NCBI GenBank assembly: GCA_028681135.1
Contig: JAQUJC010000006.1
Coordinates: forward strand, 3,189 to 67,188
Source: Kiritimatiellia bacterium
GTDB lineage: Bacteria > Verrucomicrobiota > Kiritimatiellia > CAIQIC01 > Lenti-01
Direction of reading: 5' to 3'
Length of the DNA: 64,000 nt
Shown here: one piece after another, positions 1 to 11,100 of the stretch
Layout of the letters: each line of letters starts with the position of its first letter
How positions within the stretch are numbered: position 1 is the first letter of the stretch
Translations under genes and position numbers: made by a program
The notes under the pieces: model-generated
The model's input: the letters and a program-made list of their open reading frames with translations, nothing else
What the model was told of the DNA's origin: nothing
Database searches by the model: none

Positions 1-70
1 ATTTTTTTTCGCGCGGAAATAAGAGCGTTACACTGATGACGATACCCGGGGGGAGCGAAGGAGCAGCACG

Positions 71-988
71 ATGAGGCGGATAAGTAACAAGGCGCAGCGG
101 ACTCGGTTTCACTGGCAGAGAAGCCCTGTTTGCACAATAGCGGGCCTATTGATTTTAGCGGCCACCGCGGCCTGGGGGCAGCAATCCCCCCTGGTGGTGG
201 GTAACAGCACTGCAATTCTGGACCCCATTGGACGTCCGTTTAAGGGGGAAGCGGGCCGTCCGGGCCGCTCAGGGCTGGTGGAAATCCGGGCGACCGCCTC
301 CGGGGGGGCGATTGTCCCCGCCACGGAGGAGCAAGGCCTAATCGATTTGCACAATCCCCTGGTGACCAATGCCTACATTGGACAGGGGATGATCGGAGCC
401 GATTCGGGAATGTTTTCCATCACGTTTACCGAGAGTGAACTGAGCAACTTGGTTACGTATTATGCGCGTGTCTTTGATTGGACGACCCCCGCGGGGTCTA
501 TTTATTACGTCGATTCGGCTCCCTTTGCCGGGATGGCCTCTGGCACCATTAATCCCGAGTTCAGCCCGCTGACGTTGACCGGGCCGGATAGCGACGGGGA
601 TGGGCTCCCGGATGCGTGGGAGTTAGAAAACGGGTTAGACGACGGCATCGCCGACACGGATGGCGATGGTTATGACGACTGGTTTGAAGTGTTTCATGGC
701 GACTACCTGCAGATGGTCGAGCCGGACCCGCCGTTGGCCATCCAGATCAACTCGCCGACCGAGGGCGGGGCAGAACCGTATTCTGTCTCCTGGTGGACCA
801 TTCCCGTCCCAAACATGTCGTATCACCTGCAATTCCGCCCGCTGTTGGAGAATGACGCCGCATATTCGAATGTCTGGAGCGGCACGGCAACGGACCATTA
901 TCTAGATGTCGATGTACATGACTGGGCCGGAACAAATAATCCGCCTAAGGGCTTTTTTCGGGTCATTGTTCCGTACAACAAGCCGTAG
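71..988 (+). CDS. secreted hypothetical protein with thrombospondin-type-3-like Ca-binding DxDxDG motifs and a C-terminal FN3-like domain
   Basis: Its N-terminal signal peptide reads LLILAATAAWGQQ. It carries acidic repeats (DSDGDGLPDAWELENG and DTDGDGYDDWFE), and its C-terminal beta-strand pattern ends in GFFRVIV. The DSDGDG(I/L)PDAWEL motif is shared with the CDS at 28633-29499. Confidence 0.6.
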   Translation: MRRISNKAQRTRFHWQRSPVCTIAGLLILAATAAWGQQSPLVVGNSTAILDPIGRPFKGEAGRPGRSGLVEIRATASGGAIVPATEEQGLIDLHNPLVTNAYIGQGMIGADSGMFSITFTESELSNLVTYYARVFDWTTPAGSIYYVDSAPFAGMASGTINPEFSPLTLTGPDSDGDGLPDAWELENGLDDGIADTDGDGYDDWFEVFHGDYLQMVEPDPPLAIQINSPTEGGAEPYSVSWWTIPVPNMSYHLQFRPLLENDAAYSNVWSGTATDHYLDVDVHDWAGTNNPPKGFFRVIVPYNKP

Positions 989-1237
989 CAAAACAGCGAT
1001 GAAACCAAACGAACAGATAGCCCGGCCAACTCCAGTGCGACTGCCGCGGGGTGCGCGACGCTGCGGCCTCACCGGGTGGTCCTCTTTTCACTGGTGGCCG
1101 GGGTTGCACCCCCGGCGCGATCACGCCATCCGCACAGGGCTGGTCGACATCCTCTTTATTGGAAAATTTCACCCCCCCCACCTATTTTCGGAAGATAAAA
1201 CCATGAATGGAACGATCCTGAGCAGGAGAATCGGTCG

Positions 1238-1501
1238 ATGAGCATCCTTAAGTATTTTTCGAGGCACCGGTCGGGCGCTGCCGCCTCCGGCCCAAAACAT
1301 CAAATCATAGGACTGACCCCTTTGCTGTGCGGTGCTAGGGTAGGGCGAACCCTCCGGGTGAGCCGGGCGGTTGCGTTTGGCTGTCCGAAAAATCCCGGCT
1401 CGGCAGGGATGCCTCGCCCTACCCTGCGCCACCCCCCCCACCTATTTTCGGAAGCTAAAACCATGAATGGAACGATCCTGAGCGGGAGAATCGGTCGATG
1501 A
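1238..1501 (+). pseudogene. truncated N-terminal cassette copy 1 of the giant surface protein gene (87 codons, diverges after LTPLL)
   Basis: Its first ~30 codons are near-identical to the start of the 2144 ORF. Its stop codon overlaps the next ATG (ATGA). Confidence 0.5.
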
Positions 1502-1875
1502 ACATCTTTAAGTACTTTTCGAGGCACCGGTCGGGCGCTGCCGCCTCCGGCCCAAAACATCAAATCATAGGACTGACCCCTTTGCTGTGCAGTGCTAGGG
1601 TAGGGCGAACCCTCCGGGTGAGCCGGGCGGTTGGGGCAGGGGAGCTCAATATTCAATATTCAACAATCAATGTCCAAGATTCAAGAGAACAGCCGAAAGC
1701 CAGACGGCTCGGGGTAGGGCGAACCCTCCGGGTGAGCCGGGCGGTTGCGTTTGGCTGTCCGGAAAATCCCGGCTCGGCAGGGACGCCTCGCCCTACCTTT
1801 CGGCCACCCCCCCACCTATTTTCGGAAGATAAAACTATGAATGGAACGATCCTGAGCGGGAGAATCGGTCGATGA
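1498..1875 (+). pseudogene. truncated N-terminal cassette copy 2 (125 codons, contains the AT-rich insertion)
   Basis: It has the same N-terminal 30 codons as the giant gene and is translationally coupled (ATGA) to the next copy. Confidence 0.5.
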
Positions 1876-2147
1876 ACATCTTTAAGTACTTTTCGAGGCA
1901 CCGGTCGGGCGCTGCCGCCTCCGGCCCAAAACATCAAATCATAGGACTGACCCCTTTGCTGACCCCTTTGCTGTGCGGTGCTAGGGTAGGGCGAACCCTC
2001 CGGGTGAGCCGGGCGGTTGCGTTTGGCTGTCCGGAAAATCCCGGCTCGGCAGGGACGCCTCGCCCTACCTTTCGGCCACCCCCCCACCTATTTTCAGAAG
2101 CTAAAACTATGAATGGAACGATCCTGAGCGGGAGAATCGGTCGATGA
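1872..2147 (+). pseudogene. truncated N-terminal cassette copy 3 (91 codons)
   Basis: It has the same N-terminal 30 codons as the giant gene, and its stop overlaps the ATG of the giant gene at 2144. Confidence 0.5.
2109..2147 (+). CDS. putative 12-aa leader peptide (MNGTILSGRIGR) translationally coupled to the giant gene; identical uORFs at 1203-1241, 1463-1501 and 1837-1875
   Basis: There is a GGAAG Shine-Dalgarno-like sequence 9 nt upstream. The TGA stop overlaps the main-gene ATG (atgA). The uORF is conserved in all four cassette copies. Confidence 0.4.
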   Translation: MNGTILSGRIGR

Positions 2148-5100
2148 ACATCCTTAAGTATTTTTCGAGGCACCGGTCGGGCGCTGCCGCCTCCAGCCCA
2201 AAACATCAAATCATAGGACTGACCCCTTTGCTGGTCTGCGGCCTGGCTTTGACGGGCGCATGGACGGAATCGGCCCGGGCCGAAGCTACCGTGTACTGGC
2301 GCAGCGGCGCCGGCGTGTCGAACTGGTGGGATGGCACCAACCCGTGGTATCGGAGCGAAGATACCTGGTGGGTGGATCGTCCGGACAAAGACACCAGCGG
2401 CAACTGGGATTCGGTCGGCCCGAATATTGTCCACTTCGATAACACCAGCGACCTGACCATGTCCGTCAACGGCGCCTATTTCCAGATTCACCAGCTGCTT
2501 TTCGACAACGGGACGGGGGCCCGGACGATGACGGCCCGGGACAGCGGCGGCATCGACATGAAAACCGGCAGTTCGACGACCAAAATCGAAAACAACGACT
2601 CGGATTCGCAGACGTTCAACACGCCGGTGGTTCTGTATACGGGCACGGAGATCAATCCCGTGAGCGGGGACATGACCTTCAACGAGCCCATCTACCTGAA
2701 GTCGAACTGGATCAACGTCTATGGCGCCAATCAGAATACGCTGTACCTGAACGGGGTGCTGAACGCGGACAGCGGCAACGGGGGGCTGGCGGTCAAGCAG
2801 AACAGCATTGTGGTGTTGACGAACAACAACACCTTTTCGGGGGCGATTTGGGTAGAAAAGGGCACAGTACGGCTGGATGGGCACACCAACGCGATCGGCG
2901 CGAGCGGGACCGTGAATGTGGGGACGAATGCGACGCTGGAACTCAACGGCAGTCAGAGCTGGCGTCCGGCGACGCTGAATCTGTACGGGACGGGGACCAA
3001 TGCCGGGAACGGCGCGTTGCGCAAGACGACCTCCGGTTCTACGCGCTGGCGGGGGAACATCAACCTGGGGGCGGATTCGCGCATCGTGGTGACCGGCGGC
3101 GGGTTGCAATTGTATGGGGCGATCACGGCGGCGACTCATACGCTGTACATCACCAACACCGTCACGGTGACGATGCAGAGCGGCTGTACGCTGAGCGGCA
3201 GCAAGACAACCGGGGACGGCGCGCTGCACAAAAGCGGCTCAAGCACGTTGTATCTGCGGGCGGCATCAAATCTGACGGGATCCATTTGGCTGCAAAAAGG
3301 CGAAATCCGGCAATACACCGACAATGATTCCACGATTCCAACCGGCGGCATTTTCCGGATGTCCGACGGGGTGACGTACCGGTCTGACGGGTCGGCGTCG
3401 CGCGAAAACGCCAAGGCGACGCAGATCGACGGGGATGTGGAACTGGGCTACAGCGGCGGCGGGGAACTGACCTTTTCCGGCAACGTGAATCTGACGGGTG
3501 GGCAGCGGGAACTGGATACGGTGAATGATGTCGTGATATCGGGTGCGGTCACAAACGGCGGACTCACGAAGGCGGGTTCGGCGACCCTGACGCTGTCGGG
3601 GGCCAACACGTATGCGACGGGAACGCTAGTGAGCGCGGGGACGCTGGAGGGGACGACGACGAGTTTGCAGGGGAATATCACGAACAATGCGGCGGTGGTG
3701 GTCAACCAGAGCGGCAACGGGACCTATTCCGGGGTGCTGAGCGGTACGGGGACGCTGACGAAGCAAGGGACGGGGACGGTGACGCTGTCGGGCACAAGCG
3801 GAATGAGCGGCAACACGACCGTCAGTGCGGGGGCGCTGCTGGTAAGCGGGTCGCTGAGCAGTTCGGCCGTGACGGTGTCGAGCGGCGCGACGCTGGCGGG
3901 GGCGGGGACGGTGGGGGCGCTGACGATGGCCAGCGGAGCGACGGTCAGCCCCGGGAATTTGTCGGGCGCAGCGGGAACGCTGGACGTGAGCGGAACGGCA
4001 ACGCTGGTGGGGACCTACACCTGCGACATTACGGGAACGGGGGGCACGGCGTGCGACCTGATCGACGCCACCGGCGCGGTGTCGGCCAGCGGAGCGCTGA
4101 CGATCAATTTGGGAACCTCGGCACCGAGCGGATTCAGCCAGTATACTTCCTATACCTGGACGATCATGAGCGGCAGTTCGGCCAATGCGGCGAATATGTC
4201 GATTGGCACAAAATGGACCAGCAGCGGTTCGTTTGGGGTGTCGGCCAGTGGGACAACGATTGTGGTGACCCACACGGCGGCGGCGCCGGGCAAACCGACG
4301 GTGGTGGCATCGGACGGGACGAGCACGGCACACGTAGCGCTGAGCTGGGGCGACGTGGCGGGTGAGACGGGATACGTGATCTCGCGCAACACGGTGGACA
4401 CCTATGCCACCGCGACGGCGCTCTACACCAACGCCGCCGGCGCGACGACCTACAGCGACACGGCGGCCGATCCGGGACAGCTCTACTATTACTGGGTGAC
4501 GGCCACGAATACCGGCGGCAGCACCGTCAGCGACTCGAACAGCGGCTACCGGCGGCTGACGCCCCCAGGCAACGTGGCGGCCACGGACGGGGCCTCGACG
4601 GCGAACGTGACGGTGACGTGGGATGCGGCGACGGGGGCAACCAGCTACCACGTCTGGCGCGACACGGATGCGAACCCGGCGGGTGCGACGGGGCTGGGCG
4701 CGCAGAGCAGCAGCTTTACGGACACGCCGACGCCGGGGCAGCTGTACTATTACTGGGTGGTGGCATCGAACAGCACTAGCAGTAGCACCAGCGATTGGAG
4801 CACGGCGAATGCCGGCTACCGTAAGTTGACCGCACCGGGCAGCGTGGCGGCGACGGAGAACCAGTCCGACAAGGTGACGGTGACGTGGGCCGATGGCTCC
4901 GGTGAGACGGGCTACAGCATTTGGCGGCATACGGCGAATGTGTCCGGTTCCGCAAACATTGTCGGCACGGCGGCGGCGAATGCCACGAGCTACGACGATA
5001 CGACCGGCGATGCGGGCACGACGTACTATTACTGGGTGCGGGCGACGAACAGCACCAGCACGAGTATGAGCGATTTCAGCGCGTCGGACACGGGCCTGAA

Positions 5101-8100
5101 GACCCTGAGCGAGCCGACGACGGCGGCCTCGGCGATCACCTTCAGCAGCCTGGACACGACATCCTACACGGTGAACTGGGCGCGCGGCAACGGGGACTAT
5201 GTGCTGGTGGTGGCGAGGCAGGGCAGTGCGCCAACGGCACCGACCGACAGCACGGTCTATACGGCCAATGCGGCGTTCGGCTCGGGCGACACGACGGCGG
5301 CGGGCAGCTACGTGGTCTACAAGGGCACGGGTACGTCGGTGCCGGTGACGGCGCTGTCGGCGGGCACGGAATACACGTTCGCGGTATACGAATTCAATGG
5401 CGCGGCTACGCCGAATTACCGCACGAGCGACGCGCCCGTGGCCAGCCGCACCACGCTGGTGGCGGAGCCGACGACGCAGGCGTCAGGAATTTCCGTGGGC
5501 ACGGTGAACGAAGCCTCGTTGGCGAACATTACGTGGACCGATGGCAACGGTGCCAGCCGCCTGGTGGTGGTGAAGGCGGGGGGCGCAGTCGACAGCTTCC
5601 CGGTGGACGGGGCGACCTATTCGGCGCACACGACCTTCGGATCCGGCACGGAACTTGGCACGGGCAATTATGTGGTGCATGACGGCAGCGGACCGCTGGC
5701 TTCATTGAGCGGGCTGACGCGCGATGTGATTTATCACTTCCGGGTGTTCGAATACAACGGCACGCTGGGAACGACGGCCAACTTCCTGACCGATGCGGCC
5801 AGCGGTAATCCGATCAGCCAGACGACCCGGGCGGCTAATCCCAGTTCGCAGCCGGCGAATTTGGCGATATCGGCTCTGAGCAGCAACCAGGTGACCCTGA
5901 CCTGGACCAAAGGAACAACGGGGACCAACACCCTGGTAGCGATCCGGGCGACCTATGCCCCACAGGACCCAGTGGATTTGAACAGTTATACGGCGGATAC
6001 CGCTTATGGCAGCGGTTCCGATCTTGGATCGGGAAGTTATGTGGTCTACACCGGCACGGGCGGAAGTGTGACGGTGACCGGATTGGAGCCTGGGAAATAC
6101 TATGTGGTGGAAGCTACCTCTTTCAACGGCAGTAACGGATCTGAAAACTACCGCGGTACGGACAGCCCGGCTTCTGTGAACTTCTACACGTTGATGCCGG
6201 AGCCGACGCAGACGACGGGGATTGAGTTCGGCACATTGGGCTCCACGAGCTATGCGGTATCGTACACGGCCGGCAATGGCTTGAGCCGCCTGGTGGTGGC
6301 CAAGGCCGGGAGCGCGGTGGATTGGACGCCAACGGACGGCACCGACTATCCGGGTGAAAACAACACCATTGGGTCGGCCCAGGAGTATGGGACTGGCAAC
6401 TTCCTCGTGCACCGCGGCACGAGTCCCTTCACGCTTTCGGGGCTGACGGCGGCGACGGACTATCACATCCGCATTTTCGAGTACCAGGGCACGAACGCGA
6501 CCTTGAACTACAACGTGGCCGGCGCGGCGGGGAATCCGAGCAACCGCTACACGCTCTCGACGGAGCCTTCGGCTCATGCGGCGACGTTCACGGCCACGGC
6601 GCTGTCGGATACCCAGATCGATCTGGACTGGGGCGCAGCCACGGGCGAGAGCGGCTTCATTATTGTGCGCAAAGTGGGTTCGGCACCGACGGGTACGCCG
6701 GTTGACGGCACCGCCTATGCCCAGGGGAATACCATTGGCGACGGCACGGTGGTTTATGTGAACACAACCGCCGGAGCGGGCTCCACGACCGACAGCTATA
6801 GCACATCCGCGGACACCGCCTACACCTACCAGATCTTCCCGTACGCCTATGACGGGACGCCGGCGCATGCCACCTACAACTATCGCACTGCCGCAACCGT
6901 GCCTTCCGATGATGCAACGACGGGGGCGTCCGAGCCCAGTACGAGTTCGACGGTGACCTCATTCCTGCCGGCCAGCGGTACCAGCGCAACCCTGATTTGG
7001 AACAATGCCGGTTCGGCCAACGGCACGATCATTTTGGTGAAGTCCGGCGGCGCGGTAAGTTCAAATCCGGCCGATTGGACCGGCTATAGCGCGAGCACGG
7101 TGTTCGGAAGCGGTGATCAGATCGGCTCAGGCAATTATGTGGTGGTGGCGGCGGCCGGCAAGTCCGGCAGCGTGACGATCACCGGGCTGAGTGCGGGGAC
7201 AACGTACCACGCGGCGGTGTATCCCTACAACGGCTCCGGGGCGTTTCTGAATTATCGGACGACGTCGCCGGGCACGGCCAGCGTGACGATTCTGCCGGAT
7301 CCCTCGGCGGCGACGGCGACGACGGACGGCAAAACCCTGATCGACCTGGCCTGGACGAAGCATGCCTCCTATGACGTGATGATCGTCCACAAAACCGGCA
7401 GCGCCTCGACTCTGCCGACGCAGGGTACGGCCTATGCCGTGGGCGACAACTGTGGCGGCGGCAAGGTGATTTACAAGGGCGGCGGGGCCGCACTGGAGCA
7501 TATCGTGGCTTCGGGGACCGCGCATCATTACGCATTCTATTCCTATAGTGGCAACTACTACTCGGCGGGGTTGACGGCCAACGATTCGACGACGTCCTTC
7601 GCGACCGACGAGATCGTGGAGACCTTTTCCTATACCAACAGCACGGTCTTGACGGGACTGAATGGCGAAAAAGGTTGGGGCGGGGGGTGGTACGGTGCCC
7701 AAATCGGGTTGTTTACCAATGTTTCCGGCAGTTTTGCGACGCAAACAAACTATCCGGCAACGTCCGGCAACAAGGCCTGGGTCTATCCGCCCAACAACTC
7801 CAGCGCCAAGGCGTATCGCTATCTGGGGAAGGAATACAAGAGCGGGAAAATCTACTTTGGCTACATGTTGAACTATACGTGGGACGGCACCAACAAGTAT
7901 GCGGGCCTGTCGCTGGCATGGAGCAACACCGAAGAAAAGGTGTTCTTCGGTGAAATCTATAACGACAACAAGATTCTCGGAATCGCCTACTCGAACAGCA
8001 ATACGGGGTCGTCCTACACGCTGGATAACGGATCGGGCAAGGACTACATCATTGTAGGGTATTACGACTGGAAAGAGGGGGAAGCCAAGGTCAAGGCTTA

Positions 8101-11100
8101 TGCAGTGGGGAGCCAGGCGGTATCGGCGTCGGAGCCATCGGCCTGGGATGCCACACTGTCTAAGGCCAGCAACGAGGTTGGGTGGGTGAATACGGTCTGG
8201 CTGTCGGCCGGCGCGGGGGCCACGGACGGCACGCCAGGCAACACCTATTTCGATGAAGTGCGCATCGCGACAAACTGGGCTGGCATCGTCCAGGTCCTGC
8301 CGACGAAGCCGGAGTGGCCGACCAACCAGACCGCGACGGTGGATGGCAACGAAATGGTGCGGTTGGCCTGGACGAAGAATGCGAACAGCGACAACGTCAT
8401 GATTCTGCACAAAACCACGGCGATCACGACCGACCCGACCGATGGCACGGGCTACAGCACCGGGAACACCATTGACGGGGCGACGGTCATTGCCAAGACC
8501 GCCGCCACCGCGCTCGAACATGTGGTGACGCCCGGCACGACCAATTATTACAAGTTCTACTCCTATATTGCCGCCAACTACTACTCGACGGGCATTGTGA
8601 CCAATGTCACCACGACAGCCTATGGCGCCAATGAGAATGTGAATCCCTTCAGTTATACCAATGCCACTTCGCTTGGGACTTCGACCAAGGGCGGGCAGGG
8701 TTTTGGGGCGAACTACTGGGTGATGGACAGCGGCACCTGGACCGCGCAGACGAACACCAGCACGGCGGTGACCGATGACACACCGAAGTTCTTCAATATG
8801 GACGGCTATCCAGACATGGCGGGCAATCTGGTGGTAGCTTCCGATCCGGGCAATGGCGGCAGTGCGCTGGCTCAGCGGTCGCTGGACAGTTCCATCAGCA
8901 CGGGCACGTTCTATGTCGCCTTCATGATGTCCTACCAGTATTACGGCGCCAATAAGTGGGCCGGATTGAGCCTGTTCAACGGCGCGACCGAGAAGGCGTT
9001 CTTCGGCAAGGGTGGCGGCGCCAACTGGAGTACCCTGGGCCTCAGCGATGGAACCACCACCTTCTGGTCCGCCTTCGATATGGGGCAGTTCAACTCCGGT
9101 AACGGCGATACCGGCAACGTCTATATGGTTCTGGGTAAATACGACTTTAGCAGCAAGGAACTGGCGGCCAAAGCCTATCGCATCCTGGATGGCGCCACCT
9201 TCCCTTCCTCCGAGCCGACCTGGGACGTGACCACGACCCTGGGTACTGGCATTGACTCCATCGACCGCATTAAGTTGAATATTGGGTCGAGCGATGGGGG
9301 GGCCAGCATCGGCAAGGTGTTCTATGATGAAATTCGCTATGCGACCAACTGGTCGGACCTGCTGGCGGTGACCTGCCCGAGCTGGGCGGGCAGCAACACG
9401 CTAAATGCGGCGGAGTGGACAGCGCCCGCCAGCACCTGGCTGGGCGACTCGGAAAATTTCACCTTCCAATCTTATCCGATCAGCCTGGGGCAGAGCGGCG
9501 GCATCGAATTTGACTGGGCGCGTGACGGCACATTCGCGACCTATCAGGATCTGCCGTGGCTGCAGAACGCCAACAACAACAGCTATTGGTCGAACCGGAT
9601 TCAGATGGTTACCGCTGGCGTGATCACCAGCCGCTATGTGGCGGCGGGCAGCGGTTGCGCCGAAGTCCTGACGAACAATCCGGCGCTGACGGTGCAGAAT
9701 CTGAATCCGCCATTCAATGCTGTGGCGATTCGGGACGCGGTCAACACCAACAGCCAGATCAACCTGACGTGGACCCGGGGGGTTTCGGGTGTGGCGAAGG
9801 ATACACTCATCATCCGGAGGGGGGGGGCTGCGCCGGCGTCTGGCCCGGTGAACACAACGACCTATAACGCGGGCGATCCCCTGGGCGGCGGCACGGTGAT
9901 CTATCGCGGGTCCGGCACCAGCTTCAACGACACAGGGCTGGCTCCGAGCACGACCTACACCTACCACTTCTATGCCGAAAACTGGACCTACTATTCGACC
10001 TACAACGACCGCGAAGTGGCCAGCGCCTCCACCGTGGCTGGCGCAAAAGACATCGTGATTGACGGGAATCCGGTCGACTGGGTCGGCACACCGTCGGCGG
10101 TACTCAACAGTTCGGCCAGTACGCTTCAGGAATACATCTGGACGGACAAGACGGGCGAGATGCGCACCGACCAGACGTCTTACTCCAATGCCGATATCGC
10201 CGAGTTCCGCGTCTATGCGGATACGGATTGGGTCTACTTCCTGATCGAAATGGGCAACATCACCGATGTGACCAATCTCCATATGGCCATTGGCATGGAT
10301 ACCCGAACCAATACCGCCAGCACGACCATGAACTGGCTGGGCGATGACGGCGCAACCTTTATCGGCGACCAGTATTTTGATGGCGGCGCGGCCCATTTCC
10401 CGGAGAATCAGCTCGGCATTCACTATGTCACCGCCGAAGGCGGCCTGCGGATTGAACAGTATGTGCAGGACGGGACAGCATGGTTTGCCCCACTCACCGG
10501 CGGCAACACGAATGTGGCCGCCAGCACAACTCATAATGCCATCGAACTCCGGGTGGCCCGCGCCGACCTCAATCTCAGCGGAGCCAAGACCGCCCGCTTT
10601 ACCCTGGCATCCTTCCTGAACACCGGCGTCTGGAACAATGATGGCGATGGAACGGTCCATATTGCAGACAACACGGCGAATGCGATGGACTCAGTCTCTA
10701 TTCCACCGTGGGGGAATCCGGATAACAACGCGGACATGTCGGCCTGGTTGGAAGATATCAGCGATGCGGATATCGACTTCTGGGTGGATGTCCAATTTGC
10801 AGCAGGGGGGCTGTCGGACAACGTCAGGCCGACGATGCCGGTGCTGGTGACGCCGACGAACACCGCGGCGGTGACGGCCAGCCCGAACCTGAGTTGGGAA
10901 AAGTCGACGGATTCAGACGGACAGATCACAGGGTATCTGCTGGAGATCAGCACCAATGAGCAGTTCAACGGAGTGGCGGGCACCGAGAACGGGCCGGTCG
11001 CCCTGCGGGTGCACCTGGATGCGTCCACGACAAACTACACGTTCACGACCTCGGCCGACAAATATTGGTGGCGGGTGCGCGCGCGCGATACGGCCGGAGA

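Larger units (their letters stand above)
1169..2143 (+). repeat. tandem array of three truncated duplicates (unit ~250-375 bp) of the promoter and 5' end of the giant gene starting at 2144
   Basis: The copies begin at ~1172, ~1432 and ~1807, and the intact copy begins at ~2079. Each has a poly-C tract (C8, C8, C7, C7) followed by cctattttcggaag and then a 12-codon uORF (MNGTILSGRIGR) whose TGA overlaps an ATG. After the ATG come about 30 codons of the giant protein N-terminus (MNIFKYFSRHRSGAAASGPKHQIIGLTPLL), followed by a ~100-bp element with 9-bp inverted-repeat arms gtagggcga/tcgccctac. Copy 2 carries an extra AT-rich insertion at 1633-1712 and copy 3 has a 12-bp internal duplication. Confidence 0.85.

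Noticed and set aside
1169-2143. Considered whether the tandem repeats upstream of the giant gene are a CRISPR array.
   Set aside because: The units are 250-375 bp and contain an RBS, a start codon and coding sequence homologous to the downstream gene. There are no short direct repeats with unique spacers.
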